NCBI GenBank assembly: GCA_050951805.1 | Contig: JBMNJT010000002.1 | Coordinates: 160,001-224,000, forward strand | Direction: 5' to 3' | DNA: 64,000 bases | Source of the DNA: Bacillota bacterium | GTDB lineage: Bacteria; Bacillota; DTU025 | Notes under the pieces: generated by a model | The model's database searches: none | Told to the model about the DNA's origin: nothing | What the model saw: the letters and a program-made list of their open reading frames with translations, nothing else | Position numbers and translations under genes: made by a program | Shown here: positions 10,356 to 20,311 of the stretch, in pieces | How positions within the stretch are numbered: the stretch's first letter is position 1 | How the letters are laid out: the number at the start of each line of letters is the position of its first letter

Positions 10356-12218
10356 ATGAAGTTCATAACAGGCGTCAACTACTGGCCTAAAAACAAGGGG
10401 CTTGCGATGTGGAGGGACTTCGACATCCGTGAGATCGCAGGCGACATGGAAGCCATCGCGAAACTGGGCATGAACGCGGTGAGACTCTTTTTGAGGTGGA
10501 GCGATTTTCAGCCCGAGCCGGATCGAATTGACCGGACTATGATGGACAGGTTCGAGCAGGTGCTCGAGGCTGCCCACAAGGCGAAAATAGGAGTGATCCC
10601 AACGTTCTTCTGCGGCCACATGAGCGGAGAAAACTGGGACGTGCCTTGGCGCGGCGGGTGCGACCCTTACACCGATCCGAAGATGCTCAGGGCACAAGCG
10701 CTTCAAGTGCGCCATTTCGCCATGGCATACAGGGGCGATCCCAGGATCATCTGCTGGGACCTCGCCAACGAGCAGGATGTGTTCGTAAAGCCCCGGGATA
10801 GGCACTCCGGTTGGCTATGGACCCGGCTTCTCGCATCAGAGCTGAAGATGAATGACCCCGACCATCCGGTCACCCTTGGAACCCACATATCGAGCCTGTG
10901 GGAGGATTGCGGTTTTTGGCCGGAGGACCTAGCAGAATCCCTTGACTTCCTCTGCATGCATGCGTACCCGCTCTACTCGGATGCGTGCCCTGAGCGGATG
11001 GATGGCGTAAGAAGCACCTATTTTGTCCCGTTTTGCGCGGCCCTCACTCGTGCCCTAGGGCGCGGTGCTGACGTGCTTTTCGAGGAGTTTGGGGCGACAA
11101 GCCAGATGTGCGCAGAAGACGTGATTGAGCGATACTATACGACCAGCCTCTATGCGCTCCTTGCCGAGGAAGTGACAGGGGCGATGGGGTGGTGCTACGG
11201 GGATTTTTCAGTCGGCGACGAGCTTCCCTACGAGACGACCCCTTACGAAGTGGGGTTCGGCTTGGTAGACAGAGAAGGATGCCCCAAGGGCGCAGGACGC
11301 GCCATGGCCGAGTTCTGCAAGGCGCTTGATTGCGCGGGTGGCGGGGTAATGCACAAGGCTGAGGTTGGAGCCGCAATCGTAGTGCAAAGGCGTTACTACG
11401 AGAACTATGACCCCGATGTTACCCCGGCCCAAAACTTCAGGGTGCTCTTTAATTCCTACATAATGGCCAGACGGAGCGGGCTCAACCCGGAGATCGTGAC
11501 ATTCGACGATGACCTCGCAAGGTTTGAGGTTCTCTTCGTTCCAAGTGTTCCGCGGCGCGGTGCGATAAACACGTCGGATTGGAGGCGTCTGACGAAATTC
11601 GTGGAGGACGGGGGGACACTGTATTTGTCCTATAACGGCGTAGCCTTGGAAGGCATGGGGGATGTATTCGGCATAGACGTCAGGTATCCCACAAACGAAG
11701 GGGAAGGAACCTTACTCCGGCTATGCCGGCCCGAAGCTGTGGATACGATGCTGCCCATCGTGAACAGGACCGGAAGACGGATGGTCGTAGATCCGGCAGG
11801 GGCTATGGCGCTTTGGACACGAGATGACGGATCTTTCGCAGTTGTTGCTGCGAAGTTCGGACGCGGAACGGCAGTATTCTGTGACTTTCCGTTGGAGCTG
11901 TCCATTTCCTATGAGCCCAATATCTACCAGCGCGGCGCCTATGAAGAGGTATACAAGGACGTAGTCTCACTATCGGAGTGGCAGGAGCCTGCGTGGACCG
12001 ACTCTCCCGATGTTGGGGCTACAGTTCTCCAATCGAATACCGGCGATCTGCTGGTGTTAGTCAACTTCTCCCATGAGCTGCGCAACGTGGATGTATGGTG
12101 GCCTGGGTCAACCACCGTGGAAGTAGTCACAAGAAAAGACGAATTGGAGTGCGATTCCGATGGGCGGTTCAGATTCCCTCTTCCAAGCAATGAGGGGGTT
12201 ATCCTCCGGCAGCGGTGA
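10356..12218 (+). CDS. Clan GH-A glycoside hydrolase (GH5-like beta-mannosidase/cellulase family) with GH42-type trimerisation-like domain
   Basis: GVNYWP, MW..FD, LGMNAVRLFL.W.DFQP; acid/base WDLANE; HAYP; nucleophile FEEFG. No signal peptide. Confidence 0.85.
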   Translation: MKFITGVNYWPKNKGLAMWRDFDIREIAGDMEAIAKLGMNAVRLFLRWSDFQPEPDRIDRTMMDRFEQVLEAAHKAKIGVIPTFFCGHMSGENWDVPWRGGCDPYTDPKMLRAQALQVRHFAMAYRGDPRIICWDLANEQDVFVKPRDRHSGWLWTRLLASELKMNDPDHPVTLGTHISSLWEDCGFWPEDLAESLDFLCMHAYPLYSDACPERMDGVRSTYFVPFCAALTRALGRGADVLFEEFGATSQMCAEDVIERYYTTSLYALLAEEVTGAMGWCYGDFSVGDELPYETTPYEVGFGLVDREGCPKGAGRAMAEFCKALDCAGGGVMHKAEVGAAIVVQRRYYENYDPDVTPAQNFRVLFNSYIMARRSGLNPEIVTFDDDLARFEVLFVPSVPRRGAINTSDWRRLTKFVEDGGTLYLSYNGVALEGMGDVFGIDVRYPTNEGEGTLLRLCRPEAVDTMLPIVNRTGRRMVVDPAGAMALWTRDDGSFAVVAAKFGRGTAVFCDFPLELSISYEPNIYQRGAYEEVYKDVVSLSEWQEPAWTDSPDVGATVLQSNTGDLLVLVNFSHELRNVDVWWPGSTTVEVVTRKDELECDSDGRFRFPLPSNEGVILRQR

Positions 12219-12265
12219 GTGCCATCTTGTCGGGATTGATGTACCGTCTGTGGGTTAAAGTGCTT

Positions 12266-12317
12266 CATGTAGCTTCGCCGCGCTTTGAGCTATCTGGGGG
12301 CGCGGCGAAGCTACATG
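12266..12317. terminator. Strong hairpin between convergent genes (probable bidirectional terminator)
   Basis: 18-bp perfect inverted repeat CATGTAGCTTCGCCGCGC...GCGCGGCGAAGCTACATG with a 16-nt loop. Confidence 0.6.
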
Positions 12318-12400
12318 TGAAAGATGTTTGCCCGCATCGCGCCAGAAGCCCCAAACCTGGTTTAACCGTGAAGCGGGACACTGGCCCGGGCAATTCGTTG

Positions 12401-14029
12401 CTATGCCGTGGGCTTTAACTCTTGTTTTTGCGTACTGCCCAGAACGTTGAATGCTTCTATGATCAACCAGACTTCCAGAAGGATGATTATTGCGTCGATG
12501 GTCGTAAGCAGCCAGTTGGACTGGCTGATATACTGCAACAAGTTTGCGATCATGCCCCATGTGGTGATGATGATCATGAATACCATGGGCACTGCTGTGT
12601 ATGCCGTGGGCTGCTTATTCTCGGCCAGATATACCGTGACTGTGAGCAATGCGAGTCCGGCGAGGAGCTGGTTGGTCGCGCCGAACAGTGGCCAGATAAC
12701 GTTCGCACTGCCGCGGAAGGCCAGCAAGTAGGCGCTGACTACTGCGATAAGCGCTGCGATGTACTTGTTTTGCATCCAGCCTATCTGGAAGTCCTCGCCG
12801 AATTCGGAGATTACGTACCGTTGCAGACGGGTTGCCGTGTCTATTGTCGTGCTTGCGAAGCTCACCATGAAGACTGCCAGGATGTTGAGGGCGAAGGCCT
12901 CAGGGATTCCGAGTGCGCCTACTATTCTGGCGCCGCCTTCAGCAAATGTGGGCAACGTAGGAATCTTGGCGAAGTTCGAGTATGTCTCGAGCCAAGTTTC
13001 GGAGGAGACGCCTGTGCATACAGCAATTATTACCAGAGTTGCAAGGGCCGCTTCGAGCAGCATTCCGCCGTATCCTACTGCAAGGGCATGCGGTTCGCTG
13101 GCTATCTGCTTCGAGCTTGTGCCGCTCGACACCAGAGAATGGAACCCCGATATTGCACCACAAGCTATCGTTATGAACAGGAATGGCATCATTGACGGTG
13201 CTCCTGCAGGCGCATGGACCACTGCCGGCGCGACTATCGGTTGCGGTCTTACGATGATGCCTATGATGAGGAGTACCATGGCGACCAGAAGTTCGAGCGC
13301 GTTGATGTAGTCTCGCGGTTGTAGCAGCTTTTGGACTGGCATTGTTGATGCGAAGAAGATGTAGACCATTATTATGATGAGCCAGACTTCGTTGGTCAGT
13401 TCTAGCGGGATGTACAGCCCGATCCAGATCGTAAGGTACATCAATACTATGGCCACTACGGAGCCGACGGCGAGATTCCCCTTCTTTTGGTACAGGTAAT
13501 ACGAGAGCCCCATGGCTATGGGTATCTCGACCCAAATAGGGAAGACGCATTGTGGGTATTGGACGAAGAGGTTCGCCATCAGCAGGGCGAATATGGCGAT
13601 AACGATCCACAGGCAGAAGAAGATGATCGTGAAGAATAGGGTCCGTGCACGGGGATTGATGACTGTTCCGGTGATGTCGCCTATTGACTTGCCGTCGTGG
13701 CGCATTGACAGGACTAATGCGCCTAGGTCATGGACGGCTCCGGCGAATATCGATCCGAAGATCACCCACAGAAGCGCGGGTACCCAGCCCCATATCACGC
13801 CGAGAACCGGTCCCACGATTGGCCCGGTTCCCGCAATCGATGTGAAATGGTGACCAGCGAGGATGAACTTATTGGTCGGGACGTAGTCCACACCATCATT
13901 GAACTTCTCAGCAGGAGTGATGTTCTTCGTAGCGAGCTGGAACACTTTAGAGCCCAGTCTCTTTCCATACAGGTTGTAGGCGAGGATGTACAGAGCGAAG
14001 GTAACTACCATCACCAACAGAGAATTCAC
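12401..14029 (-). CDS. cstA: Carbon starvation protein A (peptide/pyruvate transporter)
   Basis: DGVDYVPT, GHHFTSIAGTGPIVGP, TIACGAISGFHSL, WPLFGATNQLLA motifs. Confidence 0.95.
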   Translation of the reverse strand: MNSLLVMVVTFALYILAYNLYGKRLGSKVFQLATKNITPAEKFNDGVDYVPTNKFILAGHHFTSIAGTGPIVGPVLGVIWGWVPALLWVIFGSIFAGAVHDLGALVLSMRHDGKSIGDITGTVINPRARTLFFTIIFFCLWIVIAIFALLMANLFVQYPQCVFPIWVEIPIAMGLSYYLYQKKGNLAVGSVVAIVLMYLTIWIGLYIPLELTNEVWLIIIMVYIFFASTMPVQKLLQPRDYINALELLVAMVLLIIGIIVRPQPIVAPAVVHAPAGAPSMMPFLFITIACGAISGFHSLVSSGTSSKQIASEPHALAVGYGGMLLEAALATLVIIAVCTGVSSETWLETYSNFAKIPTLPTFAEGGARIVGALGIPEAFALNILAVFMVSFASTTIDTATRLQRYVISEFGEDFQIGWMQNKYIAALIAVVSAYLLAFRGSANVIWPLFGATNQLLAGLALLTVTVYLAENKQPTAYTAVPMVFMIIITTWGMIANLLQYISQSNWLLTTIDAIIILLEVWLIIEAFNVLGSTQKQELKPTA

Positions 14030-14084
14030 CTAGTCCACCTCCCAGTATCATTAGGGGGAGCGTTCAGGCGCTGCCCGGACAGGT

Positions 14085-14111
14085 ATTCGCCATCTTCTGC
14101 CGAGTTCCTGC
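14085..14111 (-). promoter_or_regulatory. Candidate sigmaH-like promoter of cstA
   Basis: Minus strand GCAGGAACT-N12-GCGAAT resembles the Bacillota sigmaH consensus (AGGA...GAAT), about 55 bp upstream of the start. Confidence 0.35.
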
Positions 14112-14206
14112 TATATTTACTAAAGAATCTACATATGTATACCATTTGGCATGCACTTCATGGAGGATATGGCAAGCCCTTGATACGGAAGAGTCTTACC
14201 TTTACG

Positions 14207-15025
14207 CTACTTCTCATCTTCTGTCGCCAATCGCCTCATTGCCTCAAGAGCGATATCGATTGCGAGGTCTTCGCCCTCTAGGAATCCGGTGTTTGCTGCA
14301 TGGTCAGCCCATGGCCCCGAGGCGTCAGGTCTGACGCCGCTGTCTCCTGTATCCATGACGAAAATGGCGCCACAGCGGAATTGTCGAACGTGGCCTAGGA
14401 TGAATACGGTATCTGTCTCCATTTCTATGCAGATTGCGCCCGCGTCAGCAAGCATCTTGTCGAAACTTGGGTCAGCGGGCGCGTAGAAGATGTCGGTGGA
14501 AGCTACTACGCCCAAGTGGAAAACGGCGCCGCTTTCGTTGGCCGCGTCGTACAGTGCGCGGGTGACATGGAAATCGGCCGCGGCGGGGAACGGGATGGGA
14601 AGGAGTCTCCTTGTTGCGCCTCCATCGCGGTAGGCTGCGGTGGCGATTGCGATGTCTCCCACTCCCATGCCGGGCTGCAAGGCGCCGGCAGAGCCCACTC
14701 TGATAAAGGTGTCTGCGCCGAGCATGCCCAGCTCTTCCATGGCTATGGCAGCTTGAGGCCCTCCCATCCCTGTGGAACAGACGGTCATCTTCACTCCTTT
14801 GTAGGTTCCTGTGTGAACGAATATGGCGCGGTTGGCACTGACCTGAGCTGCGTTATCGAGTCGTTCGGCGATCTTCAGGCCTCTTATGTGATCACCCGGG
14901 ACAAAGCAGTATCGGGAGATCTCATCTGGCATTGCCTTTATGTGATGCTGCGGATAGTGCGATCCGCTAACATTGGCTACTTCCAACTTGAGATGGGGTT
15001 TGCGATTGTCCGATGCTCGTGTCAT
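14207..15025 (-). CDS. Nucleoside phosphorylase (uridine phosphorylase/PNP-I family)
   Basis: VPGD, STGMGGP, EEL..LG..TFIRVGSAG, EME motifs; RBS GAGGAGG before ATG 15025. Confidence 0.9.
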   Translation of the reverse strand: MTRASDNRKPHLKLEVANVSGSHYPQHHIKAMPDEISRYCFVPGDHIRGLKIAERLDNAAQVSANRAIFVHTGTYKGVKMTVCSTGMGGPQAAIAMEELGMLGADTFIRVGSAGALQPGMGVGDIAIATAAYRDGGATRRLLPIPFPAAADFHVTRALYDAANESGAVFHLGVVASTDIFYAPADPSFDKMLADAGAICIEMETDTVFILGHVRQFRCGAIFVMDTGDSGVRPDASGPWADHAANTGFLEGEDLAIDIALEAMRRLATEDEK

Positions 15026-15135
15026 TCTCGTTCCTCCTCGGTTTTGCAGTACATGTGTGCCGGGCATGTCCGCCCTTTGCAAACGGTCATACCCGGCATA
15101 TCTGGTGATCTTGGCGGGTGCAGGCATATTGTTGC

Positions 15136-16176
15136 CTAGTTGCTCAGGGTTAACAGCAACATGAGAAATTCCGGAGGCATGTTGTATATGTCGATCTCGG
15201 GAAATTCTTTTCCCATGATATAAGGGATGTTAACAAAGGTTTGTCCGTTGTGCCAGAAAACTTGATCGCTCAGGGGGTTCAAGGCGACATGGACGGCGTC
15301 ATTAGCTATCTCGGCCATTGCCATGAGGGCGAGCATTACGCCCTCATCTGCTATTGGGTAGATGAAGACCACGTTGTGGGCGGGTGCGCTGACGAGTGCG
15401 CCGTAAGGCCCCATTGCGCCCGGCAATCTGTCGATGGCAAGCATGTGGGCTGAAATGGGGTGTCCCGCAGACTCCACAATGATGAGGTTGAGCCCGGGAA
15501 GCACACTGGCTTCGACAGTGGTCACAGGATATTTTGCAAGCGTGTTTTCCATGGCGGTGGAGAAGAGCTCGTCTATGTCGAAGTCCCATTTCTCGATATC
15601 TTTCCATTCGGCTGTAACGCTCATATCTGAGAAATCCCATACGAGGCAAGTGATCAGGCCATCGATATCACGGCGGTATACGGGCTCTTCGTCCGGAAAC
15701 CGCACGAGATAGTCTGCTGGGTACAGGCACACGCCTAGGTGGCAAATGGCGTCATCGAGGCTTTGGAAGCTGTTTACCAGGCTTCTGATCTCTTCAATGC
15801 TGTTGAAGACGATCTCTACGTAGACCTCGATGACCTCCTCCCAATCTTCTTCGGCGACATAAGCGAGGAAAAGCCGCAGATCCCGGAAGATCAAGTTGTG
15901 GCTTTGCCCATCCGGGAAGGTCATGAGCAAGTAGTCCTCTTCAATGCGAGCCTGGCAGCCTCGCTGTTGTAATGCTTGGATGAGCATGTCAGAGATTTCT
16001 TCAGGGCCCACAGGCTCGAGCATTCCAGCGGGCGGGCCTATGTCCTGGGGGGCGGCGATGGCGCAACGGGGGATGATTGCCAGGACGATAATGGCGATGA
16101 TCGCTGCCCGGGATTTGCCGCAGTGCGCTTGACGGGTCTGAGAAGACGTGAATGAGGCGATGGCGCAACGGTTCAT
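15136..16176 (-). CDS. Hypothetical exported protein (DUF1444-like C-terminal part)
   Basis: RBS GGAGG; N-terminal hydrophobic segment; the W...DELF..A..N and P.S..VF.H.G patterns recall DUF1444/YtpQ. Confidence 0.55.
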   Translation of the reverse strand: MNRCAIASFTSSQTRQAHCGKSRAAIIAIIVLAIIPRCAIAAPQDIGPPAGMLEPVGPEEISDMLIQALQQRGCQARIEEDYLLMTFPDGQSHNLIFRDLRLFLAYVAEEDWEEVIEVYVEIVFNSIEEIRSLVNSFQSLDDAICHLGVCLYPADYLVRFPDEEPVYRRDIDGLITCLVWDFSDMSVTAEWKDIEKWDFDIDELFSTAMENTLAKYPVTTVEASVLPGLNLIIVESAGHPISAHMLAIDRLPGAMGPYGALVSAPAHNVVFIYPIADEGVMLALMAMAEIANDAVHVALNPLSDQVFWHNGQTFVNIPYIMGKEFPEIDIYNMPPEFLMLLLTLSN

Positions 16177-16415
16177 TTGAGTCCCTCCTATAATCGGGTG
16201 AGTCTCCTTTCTTCGGTTTGGGCAACAACTCCTTCCTACAGTACTCCTATAAATTCGCGTCTTCACAACACGCTGATTTGGTGCTAATCTTGATGCCGTC
16301 TACGTCGGCAGAATGGTCCGAACTTCTGCGGTGCATCTGATTGTTTCCGCTTGGATGTGGAAGAAGCAATCCGGCTTTTTTGGGGGCGCGACTATCATGA
16401 CTGGAGGAAACGGCA

Positions 16416-17975
16416 ATGGACGGAGCTTATCCATACTGGGGTTTGGCTGCGGCGGCTCTCGGGGTTTACACGTTGGCGATGCTCGGGATAGGGGCGTGGG
16501 CGGGCAGGCAAGTGAAGGACGCGGAGGATTACATTGTTGCGGGAAGAAAACTCGGTTTTCCGCTTCTGTTCGGCACCGTGCTCGCCACCTGGATCTGCGG
16601 CGGGCTGTTCATGGGAGGAATGGCTGAATCCTATAAGCACGGATTCCAGGGGGCTATCCTCGATCCAGTGGGCCCTGGGTTGTGGCTTTTGGTTGCCCCC
16701 GTCTTCTACTGCATTCTCATGCGCAGGGCCAGGTACATGACTGTGCCCGACATGATATCTACCAGATACAGCAAACATGCCGGGCTCATCTGCTCGCTGG
16801 CGATTGTAGTATACGAGCTGTTTTGGGTCTGCGCCACTGTGACTGCGTTTGGCTCGATCTTGTCCACCTTTTTAAACTGGCCGCTATGGGTGGGGATCCT
16901 TGCTGGCGGATTAGTTCTCATTGTCTACACGTGGCAGGGCGGGATGTGGGCGGTTACCGTTACTGACCTTGTCCAGATGGTCCTTCTTTGCATAGGCATG
17001 ATCATGATGCTGGGGCGAGTGGTGGATCTGGCCGGGGGCTGGCATGCGCTCATCGCCAATGCGGCAACTAAGGAGAATGCTTTGCCTTTCAATGTCTTGC
17101 CGGGGTCGGGCGGGTTCTACGGGTGGACCGGGATGTGGGCCTGGTCATACCTGATTTCCGGCGTCGTTGCCGGCTTGGGGGCGAATGCGGCTGCTCAGGA
17201 CTATTGGGAACGGGCTCTTTCAGGACGATCAATAAAGACGATTATCTGGGCTAGCGCAACAGCGGGCCTGGTCTACCTGGCGCTAGGTTCGATCCCATAC
17301 TTCATAGGCATCGGGGCGTACGAGATAGCGCCTTCGCTCAGCGCTGAGCAGGTGGAATCTTTGGGGCCGTGGCTCCTTGTGAACTACTTCAGTCCGGCGG
17401 CGGCCACGTTCATCGCTGTTGCCATGGCTGCAGCAGTGATGAGCAGCGCCGACAGCGGATTGCTCGCTCTTGCCTCGGTTTGCGGGAAGAACCTCCTGCA
17501 GCTGTTGAACCCTAAGGCTGGGGATGGGGATGTTCTGAAGTGGACGAGGAGATGGGTGACCATAGGCGGTATCATAAGCCTCGTGATGGCCCTCTTTTTT
17601 CAGGAGATTTTCCGCGTGCAGATATTTGGCCATGCTATCTTAGCCATTGCCGCTTTCCCAATGATGACTCTTGGACTCTTTGACCGCAAATCGAACAATC
17701 TGGGCGCTTTGACAGGGACCTATTTGGGAATGGGCGTATGGATCGGGTTCTCTCTCTTTCTCACTCATGTTCAGGGGGCAGGTTTTTGGGATGCATCTGA
17801 GATCGCCATGCTTCCGGCGCTGATCGTCAGTTTTGCGACGATGTTCGTAGTATCGAGGCTGACTGCAGCTGCGGATCCGCCCAAGTGCCTTGTGGATGTG
17901 GACGGAAATCCATTGCCCACTTCAGGGGCTGTGCTTTCCTGCAAGGCTCTTTTTCGCAGGGGAGAGATTGAATGA
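16416..17975 (+). CDS. Sodium:solute symporter (SSS family, choline-transporter-like)
   Basis: EDYIVAGRKL, YT..GGMWAV..TD.VQ, AAVMSSADS motifs; about 13 TM segments. Confidence 0.93.
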   Translation: MDGAYPYWGLAAAALGVYTLAMLGIGAWAGRQVKDAEDYIVAGRKLGFPLLFGTVLATWICGGLFMGGMAESYKHGFQGAILDPVGPGLWLLVAPVFYCILMRRARYMTVPDMISTRYSKHAGLICSLAIVVYELFWVCATVTAFGSILSTFLNWPLWVGILAGGLVLIVYTWQGGMWAVTVTDLVQMVLLCIGMIMMLGRVVDLAGGWHALIANAATKENALPFNVLPGSGGFYGWTGMWAWSYLISGVVAGLGANAAAQDYWERALSGRSIKTIIWASATAGLVYLALGSIPYFIGIGAYEIAPSLSAEQVESLGPWLLVNYFSPAAATFIAVAMAAAVMSSADSGLLALASVCGKNLLQLLNPKAGDGDVLKWTRRWVTIGGIISLVMALFFQEIFRVQIFGHAILAIAAFPMMTLGLFDRKSNNLGALTGTYLGMGVWIGFSLFLTHVQGAGFWDASEIAMLPALIVSFATMFVVSRLTAAADPPKCLVDVDGNPLPTSGAVLSCKALFRRGEIE

Positions 17976-18073
17976 GCATCTAAGAGACGGTTTATCAGGA
18001 ATGGTCTTTGCTTTGCCTGGACATTGGCGCGGGGGCATCTGCTGGCCGCCTCCCGCGCCAATCAAGTTCTAGG

Positions 18074-19357
18074 CTACATGTTGACAATAAGGCTTAAGTC
18101 TCCCGTCTTCGCAGCCTCGAGGATGGGCTTCATATACGTATCCACGGAGGATGCGTCCATCTTCACCGGCATGCTTTTCAGCTTCGACTCGAGCTGTGGG
18201 TCTTTTGCTGCCGCTAGGGCCCGGTCTATGTGAGAGTCGGTGAACCCTGGCAGCTCTCCTAGAGTGATTGGGAATCCGGCTTTTCTGCTGAAATCGATCA
18301 TGCCCTCGGCAACGGCGATTCCAAGGTCACGTCCGAAGAGTGTGTCGATATCGGCGGAAATGTAGCCGTAACGTCTGTATATGTCGCCCACTATCCGTAG
18401 CTGTCTTTCTATGGCCGGAGCGAAGAAGACGGTGTAATAGGGGTTCATTACTGCGCATGCCCGTCCGTGGGTAGTGATGTCCACCAGGGAGAAGCTCGTG
18501 AGATGTCCGCCGTTTGTGGCGCCGACCATGATTGCGTACCCGCCCAAGTCTGTTGCAAGTCCCAACGCTTCTCTGGGCTCGTCGGCCTCTGGGGCATCTA
18601 TGACTTTAGGGACACTGTCTACTATGAGCTCGATGCCGATTTCGGCTATCTCCTGTGCAAGCTCGTAGCTTTCGGGGCCTATGCCGTAGAAGACCTCAAG
18701 GCAATGGGAGAGCCCATCGAGGGCTCCGTCCAAGGTGACGTCCTGTGGAGCGCTCTTGGTGACCGTGTAGTCGAACACGGCGCGGTCGGGAGTAACTGCG
18801 TCGTCTATTATCAGTTTCTTCTGTCGTTCCAGGGTGTAGGTGACATTTGCATACTTGGTGAGATGCGCTCCTGAGCCTGAGGCTGTCTGAACTGCGATCA
18901 TGGGAAGAAGCTTGGCGCCTGTGCGCGACATCGCTTTGCTTACCAGCCCTACGCCTAAGTAGGCCTTGAGCTCTGGTTCGTATGGGCCCAGGCAGGCTGT
19001 AACGTTTGCGGCTTTCACTGCGTCAATGGTGCTTCCGCCGCCCACGGCCACCAGGCAGTCGGGCTTGAAATGCAGTATGTAAGTGGCTATTCGGTACACG
19101 TCTTCTACAGGCGAATTAGGTGCTGAGCCTGGAACGATGCGGCCTTCGGCAATGGAGACGTCGTTGGCCTCAAGAGATGATGTTACGGTGCTAAGTATTG
19201 GTGCAAGCCATGGGCTGTGGTTGGCTATCACAAGGACGTCCTTGCCGAACTGGGCTGCGAATGCCCCAACTTGATGCAATGAGTGGGAATAGGAATCTCC
19301 TTTGAATTCGTGCAGCAGTTTGCGGGCTCTGGTTTTCAGTTGCTCAGTTCGAGTCAT
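18074..19357 (-). CDS. Iron-containing alcohol dehydrogenase family protein
   Basis: AVGGGSTIDAVK, TASGSGA, DGLSHCLE, H...HG metal ligands. Confidence 0.9.
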   Translation of the reverse strand: MTRTEQLKTRARKLLHEFKGDSYSHSLHQVGAFAAQFGKDVLVIANHSPWLAPILSTVTSSLEANDVSIAEGRIVPGSAPNSPVEDVYRIATYILHFKPDCLVAVGGGSTIDAVKAANVTACLGPYEPELKAYLGVGLVSKAMSRTGAKLLPMIAVQTASGSGAHLTKYANVTYTLERQKKLIIDDAVTPDRAVFDYTVTKSAPQDVTLDGALDGLSHCLEVFYGIGPESYELAQEIAEIGIELIVDSVPKVIDAPEADEPREALGLATDLGGYAIMVGATNGGHLTSFSLVDITTHGRACAVMNPYYTVFFAPAIERQLRIVGDIYRRYGYISADIDTLFGRDLGIAVAEGMIDFSRKAGFPITLGELPGFTDSHIDRALAAAKDPQLESKLKSMPVKMDASSVDTYMKPILEAAKTGDLSLIVNM

Positions 19358-19398
19358 GCATATCCCCCCTCCGTTTGCGTGTGTGCACTGTTTGTCTT

Positions 19399-20022
19399 CT
19401 ACCGGTCCGGGAGAGCCTTCGCGAATTTCCATAGCTCCTGCTTGCTCGTGGAGACCCCCAAAGCGCCGGTGGAAACTACGGCTTCCAGTTCCGGCACTGT
19501 CTCTACGAGTCCTCCTGCGATGAATGGCGATAGCTTCCTTACGGGCAGACGGTGGATGAGGCTTGGCAGGACGAGGGCCGGAAGGATCTCCACTGCGTCC
19601 GGACGAGAAGAGGAGACTATGTCGATTGCGGTTTTCAACGATTCGGAGTCAAGCAGGAAAAGACGTTGAATGGCTATCAATCCGGAGGCCTTCGCCGCCC
19701 TTATCAGATTGCTCCGTGTGGTGAGTATGCCGGAAATGCCTATCTCATCGGCTAGCCAGTCGATGCCTGCAGGGTCTTTTCCGATTCCCTGGATGAGATC
19801 GATATGGCAGAAGACAGCGATACCGTAGTCTCTGGCGCTATTGCACACATCTCGGAGGTCACGGATAGTGCCTGTGAGGAAAAACACCAGTTTCGCATCG
19901 CACTCTGCTGCAAGCTTTAATTCCTTTGCCTGCTTGAGGGCGGGTATCGCCGGGCGTCGCTTGAGATGGCGGAATATGAGGTTTGTGTCGGCTGCTGAGA
20001 TTCTCGGCTTGCTTCCCAGCAT
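19399..20022 (-). CDS. glpP: Glycerol-3-phosphate-responsive antiterminator
   Basis: H.DLI.G, GILTTR, IQRLFLLDSES, PDAVEILP, IAGGLV, GALGVSTS..ELW motifs; RBS AAGGAGGTG. Confidence 0.92.
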   Translation of the reverse strand: MLGSKPRISAADTNLIFRHLKRRPAIPALKQAKELKLAAECDAKLVFFLTGTIRDLRDVCNSARDYGIAVFCHIDLIQGIGKDPAGIDWLADEIGISGILTTRSNLIRAAKASGLIAIQRLFLLDSESLKTAIDIVSSSRPDAVEILPALVLPSLIHRLPVRKLSPFIAGGLVETVPELEAVVSTGALGVSTSKQELWKFAKALPDR

Positions 20023-20311
20023 GCACACCTCCTTTCATTTTGTGTTGCTCAGTCTTATCAGATATGAAAAGGGCGACCTTCGGCCTGCCTCAACGCAAAA
20101 CCTTCGACGCATGTAGGCGAAATCCTTTGAGCCCGGCTGCTCGTAAAAAAGGATATCTCCGGGTTGAGCTGGTATTTGTGAATATGTTGGATGGGTCAGG
20201 AAGATTGAGAGGGAAGACGCCAGACGAGTTGAAGTATACAAACACAGTGATGCAACGGGAAAATCCCGATGTAATGGAAGCTCCAGAGGATATACAGCGG
20301 GGGGGATTGAT

